A stretch of DNA of 64,000 nt from Laetmonice hystrix (Eukaryota): the NCBI GenBank assembly GCA_965235115.1, contig OZ249447.1, positions 18,352,001-18,416,000 of the forward strand, in the 5' to 3' direction. Of the stretch, positions 51,021 through 61,560 are shown piece by piece. Position 1 is the stretch's first letter; each line of letters starts with the position of its first letter. A program made the translations under genes and the position numbers. The notes below the pieces were generated by a model. That model was not told where the DNA came from, searched no databases, and saw only the letters and a list, made by a program, of their open reading frames with translations.

Positions 51021-53085
51021 TGCCGGCCTCTGTGATGGGATGGAAGGTATTGGTATTCAGGACATTTAACAACAATGATTGTCTCAGGGGTTGTTTAAAG
51101 GCCTTAGTGCTCAATGTCAGAGGTTTTATTTTAGATTAGACAAATATCTGATTAATGTACCTGGACCATGGTTATGATATAGTTGTCGACGTATTTGATC
51201 AGCTATTTAGGTGAATTTTTTTAATTTGATTTAATGATTTGATTGCAGTATGGATGAATGTAGAATTGCGGGAACCCTTTGTTTCCGTTTTCCACTATCT
51301 TGTAACACTGAGTGCAGTGGACCTGTTTTTACCAGTAGAGATCCACATGGACAGTACACTTGGCCGGACCTCATGCACTGACACAGTTTGGAAAATTACC
51401 CAGTAAGTCATCTTCTGTCATTATCTCTCAGAGAGATACAAAACACTACATAATGTATATGCGCAACAGGAATATGAGTGGAAGCCGCTGGAAACCAGCC
51501 TGCAAGGTTACACGATGATTTGACATTTTGTTTTCAAACAACAGCTTTTTTTAAAGCAGGCAGACCAGCCATTGGATTCTGAATACCATGAGGGGCTGTT
51601 AAGTCCCTAGAACGGAGTCTAGCCATACAAGCGAGAAACGGAAACGTGGAAATCAATTTGTGAGTTCCATAGATTTCTTTAGTTTGATCCAGTTTCTGGA
51701 TTTCCTGGTACATGGGGAAGCCCCAAAACTCCCGGTCTTACGCGACTCCCATAGAAATAGCCCCACCCCCACCAACAGTCTCTCGCTGTCAGTGATGAGG
51801 AGCTCACCTGCGTACTGCTGTCGTCATCCACCAACAGGAGAGAGTAGGAATCACAGCTGAGACAGGTTTTATTCAGGTAATCCCTCACTACAGCAAATCA
51901 GTTACAGTTACAGGAAGGTTTCTAGAACAACCGGAACATTAATTGGAGTTACAGATAGAACGAGGCCACATTAATGAGTTTTGGACTAATGCAGTCAACG
52001 AAATTGGAAATTATTCAGAACCCTCTATAATGTAACTTGAAACGCTTTCTAAATCGATTCAATTCTTCCACTCTTCGTAACTCAATTATGGATGGTGTTC
52101 TTCTTGTCGGATGTTTATTGGTGCACATTAATGACACACTCATCAAGCAGAATACTGAGGCTGCATGATTGAGAATGTTAAAAAATGTACTTTTGTCATG
52201 CAAGTGAGTTTCTCGGTCAAATTTCTTCACTGTCAATAGTAAGAGTGTGCCCGCCTTGACCTTCATTGTGAGGAGAAGGCCTATTGAAGTCATATGGCTA
52301 AGTGTGATGTAATCATATAAGTCCGCCTTTCTATACCAGCTAAATGGAATATCTACAAGCGGTTCGATTTCCTAGCTTTGGTCCAGCATCAAGTGTTGAT
52401 TGTTTACAACCAGAGTGTGTTATTGTGCAGCATGCCTGGAGCAGTGCCACCTGGAGTCACTGGTGGATTCTAAGGCACACCTGGAAGGAGTCAGCTGCAG
52501 ACATCCCATCAACCCACTCTTCCGTCCATCTCACTGTTTGTTGATTTCTTTGTGTTGCAAACAGTGATGACACCCTTCTATTCCCGGCTCAAGCTCTTAT
52601 GGGTGTGCATTGTTCACCCAGAATATTGTCTGCGCCAAATACAAGAAAACATTTTGAGGAGGGGGGGGGGGGGGGGCTTTGGAGGCGTGTTAGTGTTTAC
52701 AGTTACTGTATGTGTAGGAGGTTGTAGGGATGGAACCTAAATAAAACGTGATAGGGTCACGGTAGGGCGCCAGCTGGCGGGGCGGAGGACTTTGTCACGA
52801 GCGATTGGAGGAATGAGGGGAGCAATCTGATGAAACAGAATTCTTGGTCTTCATCCTCAGAGGAAATGATTTAGCCTCAGGCACTAAATGAAGTTGTTTT
52901 TTTTTGGGGGGGGGGGTTGTTTAAATTAGTGAGCTCTTTCTGGAGTTATCAAGGCAGACACCTCCATGGCCTGGATCACAGATTGAGGCAGGAGGAGCAT
53001 GTATGAGAATGTTTACACCTTGTTCACCCTTGCACATTGCCGGGTCAGCTGGCGGCCCCCACGGTGGGCACGGCGAGGGATGCAG

Positions 53086-54470
53086 AAATCATCCAGTCTT
53101 GTCCGCCTTGTACAGTATGTGAGTGTAGGATCTGGTACCAAATCATCCTGAGTGTTCTGGAGTCCGCCTTGTACAGTATGTGAGTGTAGGATCTGGTACC
53201 AAATCATCCTGAGTGTTCTGGAGTCCGCCTTGTACAGTATGTGAGTGTAGGATCTGGTACCAAATCATCCTGAGTGTTCTGGAGACCGCCTTGTACAGTA
53301 TGTGAGTGTAGGACCTGGTACCAAATCATCCTGAGTGTTCTGGAGTCAGCCTTGTACAGTATGTGAGTGTAGGATCTGGTACCAAATCATCCTGAGTGTT
53401 CTGGAGACCGCCTTGTACAGTATGTGAGTGTAGGATCTGGTACCAAATCATCCAGTGTTCTGGTGTCCGCCTTGTAAGTATGTGAGTGTAGGATCTGGTA
53501 CCAAATCATCTAGTGTTCTGGAGTCAGCCTTGTACAGTATGTGAGTGTAGGACCTGGTACCAAATCATCCTGAGTGTTCTGGAGTCTGCCTTGTACAGTA
53601 TGTGAGTGTAGGATCTGGTACCAAATCATCCTGAGTGTTCTGGAGTTCGCCTTGTACAGTATGTGAGTGTAGGATCTGGTACCAAATCATCCTGAGTGTT
53701 CTGGAGTCCGCCTTGTACAGTATGTGAGTGTAGGATCTGGTACCAAATCATCCTGAGTGTTCTGGAGTCCGCCTTGTACAGTATGTGAGTGTAGGACCTG
53801 GTACCAAATCATCTAGTGTTCTGGAGTCCGCCTTGTACAGTATGTGAGTGTAGGATCTGGTACCAAATCATCTAGTGTTCTGGAGTCCGCCTTGTACAGT
53901 ATGTGAGTGTAGGATCTGGTACCAAATCATCCTGAGTGTTCTGGAGTTCGCCTTGTACAGTATGTGAGTGTAGGATCTGGTACCAAATCATCCTGAGTGT
54001 TCTGGAGTCCGCCTTGTACAGTATGTGAGTGTAGGATCTGGTACCAAATCATCCTGAGTGTTCTGGAGTCCGCCTTGTACAGTATGTGAGTGTAGGACCT
54101 GGTACCAAATCATCCTGAGTGTTCTGGAGTCCGCCTTGTACAGTATGTGAGTGTCGGACCTGGTACCAAATCATCCAGTGTGTTCTGGAGTCCGCCTTGT
54201 ACAGTATGTGAGTGTAGGACCTGGTACCAAATCATCCTGAGTGTTCTGGAGTCCGCCTTGTACAGTATGTGAGTGTCGGACCTGGTACCAAATCATCCAG
54301 TGTGTTCTGGAGTCCGCCTTGTACAGTATGTGAGTGTAGGACCTGGTACCAAATCATCCTGAGTGTTCTGCAGTCAGCCTTGTACAGTATGTGAGTGTAG
54401 AACCTGGTACCAAATCATCCAGTGTTCTGGAGTCAGCCTTGTACAGTATGTGAGTGTAGGATCTGGTACC
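53086..54470. repeat. Minisatellite, 61-bp unit x about 23
   Basis: gtccgccttgtacagtatgtgagtgtaggatctggtaccaaatcatcctgagtgttctgga. Confidence 0.97.
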
Positions 54471-54532
54471 GGTGGCTCGGAGCCCTAGTATGGTCTCACA
54501 AATGACTCGGTTGTTACGGTCAACACCAGTAA

Positions 54533-54545
54533 CGCCCTCTAGTGG
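54533..54545 (-). promoter_or_regulatory. CTCF-like motif CCACTAGAGGGCG
   Basis: Matches the bilaterian CTCF core; similar CCACCAGAGGGC at 47938 and 58885 (+); sequence match only. Confidence 0.3.
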
Positions 54546-55945
54546 ACACTGGTGGCAACCAGATGTGGAGGATCACGTTCAGATACTCTGGGGAAGGTCC
54601 GGAGGGTTTCCCCTCCTCAGACTTATATTTGTTTTACTGACTCCTGGAACAAGTAAGGAAGGATGGCCGGGGTGCAGTTTCACCAACGTAAAGGGGGGTT
54701 AAACACCTTCAGATGGGCCATGAACTGTAAGCAGATGAGGGTTACTGGCGATATACCCTTTAATTACATACAAGTTTCATTTGTTCAGTTTTATAAAGAT
54801 ATTGAGAAAATAATGATAATTCTACTGTACATATTTTTGAACCACACTATATGGAATACTGGGTTAATGTTTGAAGGACCAGTCGATATCATCCTACAGG
54901 AGCGTCTGGTCTATACCAGTGTCATCCTCTGCTCCAGGCTCCTCTAGTCTAATATTTCAACTGGACGGTATTATCGTGAATATTTCCAATTCATCCCTGA
55001 TATAACGATGGGTCGCTCATCCATCACGCCGGTCCCTAATGTTGATATCGAACCACGCTCTCGTTTTTTGCCCATCAAGATTTTCCCCGCACATATAACT
55101 TGATCATGTCTACCCAAGTCTCCAGAGTATTAGGAACTCGCCTTTGGTCCGTCGTAACCATGTATTTTAACGACGACTGAAGCAGACATGTGGTAAGAAG
55201 GTTCTGGCAGTCGGGTTAGGGAGTTCAGTGCGATATGGGTTCGTCCTGGTTTGGAGTTGCTAGTCCCGCCACCTGATGTACGGGACTCAAGATGCTGACG
55301 GTCTCTGCTGTAACTGTAGAGGGGGAGGGTGGGGAGGGGTGCGGGGGGGGGGGGGGGTGCAGCCGGGGTCATGAATCACGAGCTGTGAGTAACAAGCGTA
55401 TGTATAGTACGGTAATACATGTGGGTGGAGACCTCAGTAGTCACTTTGAGTACACTGACGAGGTTACACTCGCCACTTCATTGGCAGCTTCTAACCAACA
55501 CACAGTCCCGGTGTTTAGTGTTGTCGGGTTCATGATACAACCAATAGTTTATACACTGGGAACAGCTCCTGTTACATTTACTGCACATGTCGTGAATACC
55601 GAAAGAAAAACCTCGCTTGATATTTAACCAGAGATTCAAGCGACGGCGGATTATAGACAGAAAGGATTACCAGTCCAGATTACCCGATATATTAGGGATT
55701 TATCCGTAATTACTCCGGTAAGATCGTTTAAGACTCAATATGCATCAAGAGTTGTTCATCCCATTGTATTTTTTTAAACTTTCACATTTAACTTTGATGA
55801 GGTCCAACAGAAATCAATGGACGGCGATATTTGCTCAGTTATAAATTGAACAATAATTCTCTTTTTTTCAGGGAGACGTTAGGAGTTCCCGGTACCAGAA
55901 AAGTATAGGAGGGACAGAGGAGATAAACTAAGAACAAACATCATC

Positions 55946-56024
55946 ATGTTGCTACGGATACAGCTTCAAGTTATTTTACTAGTGGCCACAGTAACGTGTC
56001 TTCTAGCAAGAAAACCACCCAAAG
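55946..56024 (+). CDS. First coding exon (exon 55872-56024) of an unidentified secreted protein; encodes signal peptide MLLRIQLQVILLVATVTCLLA + RKPPK, phase-1 donor; rest of CDS not resolved
   Basis: Acceptor aattctctttttttcag ending 55871; in-frame TAG at 55880-55882 upstream of atcATG (55946); basic/hydrophobic/small-residue signal-peptide pattern; donor AAAG|GTAAGT at 56025. Confidence 0.7.
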
Positions 56025-57458
56025 GTAAGTCGGATTGTCATTTTTTAGTCAAACGTTTCACTTTGCTGAACTTGTGTCAGCATTGAACCTTGAATTGAAA
56101 TGATCTGCCTCAATTTTAGGACAGAAATCGGGTCAGGACCAATCATTGTACCTTGGAGAATATATACGGTACCTCATTCAGGAACTATGTTTGGTATGGG
56201 CGTTTGAGCTTAAAAAGTTTCAGTAGTATGGTTTGAATTGATACTGTGACTTGAACTCACAAAGTTGTGTTCCTCCAACTCTCTTATATACCTGTACGCA
56301 CCTTCATAAGAATCACTTAGATGTGACCCCACATCTTGCTCTGGCTTTTGGTGGGCTGTGTTTAATGCCTAGTGTGAAGGTACATTTGTACTGAATGACC
56401 TTTGTGAATTTGTACGAAGTTATGATTCGTACGTTCCGCATCAACTATGAATCAGAGCGCTGGTCTTGATTTTGTTTGGGGGTATAAAGAAATAGGGCGC
56501 TAAGTGCTGGAGTTGTTAGCTGAAAAATTGCTTCTTTTTTACAACTATGGCGGCATGCAACATGAAGTCAAGTGAAATTATAAATTATGTCAGGTTATGT
56601 GTATTCTAGCCTGTACCTTTGAAAATACCATCGTAATGGATACGGTATACTAAAAGTCAATTCAGGAATCAGCTGTTTCTGTTGATAACACATTGAAAAG
56701 CGTGTGTGACGGAATTTGAAGATTTAAGTAAGCCTAGCACCATCCGCGGAAACTCTCATGGGAACACTGACAAGTAAAGAACAAACCAACCAACCAGCAT
56801 GGCTGTGATCCCCGTGTATATTGACCCAGTTTAACTGAGGAACTGGGTCAGGTGTGGATCCAAGTCGCCTTGGGTGAAGGATGGAGAAGTTAGTGGTATA
56901 CACTTACTGGCAACCCTGCCCTGTAACATATCGCACTGGTAGCCGTCATGTCAAGTATCGAACCCTCCTCCTGGCAGACCCAGTCAGGACAAGTCATACC
57001 AATCAGGACAAGTTCAGGGAAACCTGGGGAAAAAACACGTAGACGGAACTAACGGAATGATGAACAGAAATAGAAATGTATTTTTGATTAATGGAATGTG
57101 TTTGTATCCTACTGGCTCCTAGTCGCGGATGTAAGCTAGTTGCCACACCCAACGATGTTGTTATGATACCTAGCTCTGACGCTAGGTGTAACTTCAAGGA
57201 AGATATTACAACTACATAATGACAAGCTTCCGGAACCTTCACAGTACACGGTGTAGGATGATGACAAAAGTTGGAAAGAAAAAGCGAATTTCATGGAAGG
57301 ACTTTGTACTGGCTTGATTGTCCTATTAACTCCCATCCTATATTTAGGATTTCCAGACACAGGGACATGTGCACTGCCATGGATGACTCACAAACCGATT
57401 CATAGAAAATAGGTCTCAAATAATACAATTCAAATTCTCAAAGTATTATAACTCGAGG

Positions 57459-57551
57459 GCATGCAGATCCAGGATTTTGTCTCCCCCCCCCCCAAAAAAA
57501 AAAAAAAAATGGTGGGAATTATGGGTGGTACTCTATATGGATCCGCCACTG
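57459..57551. mobile_element. GGATCCAG-type MITE (copy 3, internally deleted)
   Basis: cagatccaggatttt...tggatccgccactg. Confidence 0.6.
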
Positions 57552-59339
57552 TGACCATGGTTTAAGACAATGGTTATAGACGAAAGTGTTTCACGTAGTC
57601 ACAGATAATATTGAAAAACTACTAATGAGAATTTACGGTTAGGGCCTATTCTCAGTTTTGCAAGTTTTAGGCCTACCTGTAATGATCAAGTTTTAATTAG
57701 AAAGACTTCAAAGAGCATTTTACACCATGTTGATAGTGATACAGTCTTGACAGAACTCTAGCCAGGGGATGAGAACAGTTCTCCCCACAGCTCCTACAGT
57801 AGCGTCTACTAGTCTATACCAGTGTCATCCCTCAGGCCCATCATACGGAAGCTGTTCCCGCGGCCCGCCGGCCGGCCGTGGCGGACAGAACCTGTGAGTG
57901 TTTGTGCCGTCGGAGCCGTTTGATGCAGTAACATGATGATGATTGAAACAGCCTGACCTGTTTCAGCACACAGCAAACATCAAAGTCTAGCCGGGGTGAG
58001 TCTGCGATCAGCGGGAACGATGATGGGTCCCATGATTGCGGAGTTAATGCCTGGTAGAGATATGTGGGCCGCGGTACCCGTGAGACAGTCGTCATGTGGG
58101 AGTCGGTCATGGTACCAGCCTCAGCCGTCAGACGGCAGCACCTAGCCAGAAGTCAGCTCAGTGGCCTGCAAACGTCGAGGGATGACACGCGGATCACTAG
58201 ATAACATTGAGCTCACGTCTCCGTGTAATTATAATGATTCACATATAACAAAAGTATGTTATATTATAAGTTTTCAATCGAACTTTCACATCAAGGTTGT
58301 GGGACTGCCTGGAGAACTAAAGGCGTTTTGATGTTAGATACGTAGTTCCGATACTTGTCACTAGGATTGACAGAAACGTAACCCAGATGGCACCACTGTG
58401 TCAGTTCCTGACTAGGTCCATTCAGTAGGTCCACCTGGTGGCTGATGAAAGAATTGCTCAAAGAAGCACTACTTGAAACGATAAGAAATTAATAAAAAAT
58501 CAGTTTGGGGAGAATGTTTTAGGCCTCTGGCACTAATCTAAACATGACCAGATCAGTACTTTGAATTTGATCTTACTGGCCAGCTCTCAAGTTGAGAGGG
58601 GTAGGTGGGGTAGTTACCAATGATTTGACATAGGGTGACTTATATTGGACAGCTGTATTCTTGTAAAGCAGTTAGCTTCTGCCTTGTTTTCTCATCTGTC
58701 ATATGGTGGATGGCTAATTAGGTGGTATTGCTAATTACACTGAAGGCCAAAATAAGGTTAGAGACTTAATGATCTGAGAAGGGGCTAACAAATGTATTTA
58801 TCACATGACATGGATGACTTCTCGCTTGAAGGTTACAATGTCAGAAACTGACGAGCCAGCGGCCCTGTGTACTTCTATACGAAACCACCAGAGGGCTCTG
58901 GGAGGGGTCTGTGTGTGCTGTGCGTTATGCTGTAATTCGGTCGATGAGGGAGACAGCACGTCGTCCTGGTTGAGATATTAGTGTCACAAAATGACATGCC
59001 AAACTCCCAGGCCACAATGAATCACACATTCGTGATGGAGTTGTGTTGGTCAGAACCTCACGGGTCAAGGGTCATTAATCATTGCTGTGGAATCCTTGTC
59101 ATACATGCCAAGCAAGGCACAGCTGGGGTGGGGTGAGTGGGGGAGGGGGGTTGATGGGGAGATTCGAGGGCCCAAAACTAACGGCCCCTGGTGGGTGTGG
59201 TGGAACTAATTAACTTGTACCTTCTGCAGCAACTGGTTGATTATACTGACGGGTGTCGGGGCTGAATGTATTACGGAGTTGGTCTTGGCGGGGTCAGGCT
59301 GGGCTCGAGGGTATGTGGCTGGACGCCTGAGGACAACTG

Positions 59340-59630
59340 ATGTTTGGCTGGGAACCCGGAGCGCTTATCATGGCGTCTTATCCTAACAACGTGGTCTCAT
59401 TTGTGGGCTTATTTGCAAGCGATGGAATTTATATGTGGAATCAATTAAAAAGGTGGAAGGGTTTGAGTGACGGTCTCAATCTTGTTTTGGTTTCCAGGAC
59501 TATTCTGGCCAATGCTGCGGTCATTTTAAACATTGTCCAAGTTGGCCCATATGGTTTAGGTATCATTACTGACTGGAGCTCTGCACCAACTGTCCCCAAC
59601 TCTCTTGTAATCTCCATCCTTCAGCCTTAA
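59340..59630 (+). mobile_element. Degenerate CR1-like RT remnant
   Basis: PGALIMASYPNNVVSFVGLFASD (GPLLFL.Y.NDLP..V....LFADD-like), YGLGIITD (YLG..I.-like). Confidence 0.5.
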
Positions 59631-61179
59631 TCCGCCATAGCCCCTCCCCCTCTCTTCAATCCCAGTGATTCTGTTTTACCGTTTAGTATAACTCAGTCAC
59701 ACTGTAAGCCAAAGTTCTACTTCACCCAACGACAGAAAGCCTGGGTAATGCCACCGTAATTGTTTATCAAAGCCCCTTGCAAGAAAGACGATGACCTGGA
59801 AAAGAGAACTGAGCAAGGAAAAAACAACAATGTTGTGTGTGTTTCCACGTCCTCCCCCTGAATATGATGCTGCACAAATATTGACGTTTGATCAAGGAGG
59901 ACAGGGGTCAACGTTATGTTGTGTTCAAAAATCTGTCTTCAGTGGGGAACCTTGAACTGTCCATGCGATAAGACTTGGGGCGAATACAAATGTGTATCAA
60001 ATTCTGCGCAGACCCCGTCTGTCTCTGTCAGTGGCCTTCGTGGGACTGAACCCAAGGCAGGGACTCAATGTGACGCCATCTCACTATCTGTCCTTAAGGG
60101 ATGAAGTTGAAAAGATCCTCCTGCATGAGTAGTTATAGTAACTGACTGTTTGTTTGTAGACGGCATTTACTTAAAAAGATTACGATGTCGGCTACTTGAT
60201 TGAGACAATAAGGCGACATCTGGTCATATATACAGTCAAAGACGTCAGAGCGCCACAACGTGATGCATATAGCACCGGGCAGGAAAATGTAGGCAGATTC
60301 CAGCTGCTCACTATAGCAGCTTACAAGTGGAAATCTTTGTTTAAAAAAAATCAATAATAGAGAATGTCAAAAAGGGCATCCCATGCAAATATAACTTTGT
60401 GGTTCTTTGTACGGGATGTATTCTTTTACTTGGATCAATTTGTTCTTAACCAGTGACGGTATGGCGTAGGGATCCCGCGACATGATAGATCTGGTCTGCC
60501 TGATCCGTGATTAACTACCGTTTAAAGAGCGCCAGCTTTGAGGTGGCTTCAAGGTCCTTACGGAGCGGATCTATGGGGTGCCGGGATCAGGTCCCTCCGG
60601 GACGACGAGTGCCAAGCCCTGCCATGTTGGGGCCATGTTCTACCCGTGTCGGGCCCGACACTTGGCATCCCGGGCCCCATTCAGCCATCAGTCAAACCGC
60701 CGCTGTATAATTGAATTATGCCAGCCTCCACTGCCGGGGTGTGGAAGGTCGGCTGAAGATGGGCCAGGGCATTTGTTTGTGTGAGGGAAGGTCCTGTCTC
60801 GGTGGAGTTAGGGCCTTGTCCTGAGGTCCGCCGTCTTTTATTGATATCCGCTCTCTATACCAATCAGGGCGTTAGAACACAAAGTGTTTGATGGTGATTC
60901 GGGACCGGTGTTATCTTACCCCGACAACGTTGTCGGGTTGTAATGTCAGAGACAAACCTGGGAGGCTGTCATGGGTGGGTTGGAACAACCCCAGCGTGGT
61001 CTGCTTTGAGAACGACCTGACAAGGGGAAGCGGGAATGCTGAGGTCAATAGGAGGGTTGGGTAACATACCCCCAGGGTCGTAACCCCCGGCAACAGCTTT
61101 CATCTGAGTTCTCCATAGAGAATACGAGAACAAAGCCGTTTGCTGTAGGCACATCAAATGTAGATCTCGATCCCCCTAA

Positions 61180-61560
61180 AAAAAAGACCGAGAGGTTTAG
61201 GACGAGTTTGGCATTTGCGTAGATTTTGTAATTTTGGAAGCAGGTGTTATGTGAAAAAGACGTTTACGCGTGCCTGTATAGGGAAGGTGTTAATGCTCCT
61301 GTGTTTATTTCTACTTCTGTGCGCTAGTGTCAAAGACTTTCAAGAAGGAAGATGGCAAGTAGAAAACAATCCATTTACAGGAAGGTGTATGACGGGACAG
61401 AAAGGCACTGTGCTAGCCGACAGTCACTGTGGCTGGGACCAGACGGGCGTATATGTACTTGTAAATCTACGGGCAATTGCTTCCATCCCCGAAAGGTGAG
61501 AGGATCACGTGGAGAGAAGGATGATGCCGGCTAGGGATGGACCTTAGGCCTCCTGCCCCC
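61180..61560 (-). mobile_element. Probable CR1-like C-terminal remnant
   Basis: ST*SSHLSGMEAIARRFT (SVWSPHL..LE.VQRRFT-like), VNGL, IQARVNVF/TSF in the correct order. Confidence 0.4.

Noticed and set aside
58848-58890. Hammerhead ribozyme (CTGACGA ... GAAAC)
   Set aside because: Twelve unpaired nt separate CUGANGA from the candidate stem II, and no stem I/III with an NUH site could be built.
61328-61495. Exon-like Cys-rich ORF (HCASRQSLWLGPDGRICTCKSTGNC) with acceptor and GTGAG donor
   Set aside because: The phase required by the upstream signal exon hits TAG after 11 codons, and the opposite strand reads as a CR1 C-terminal remnant. Not fully excluded without RNA data.
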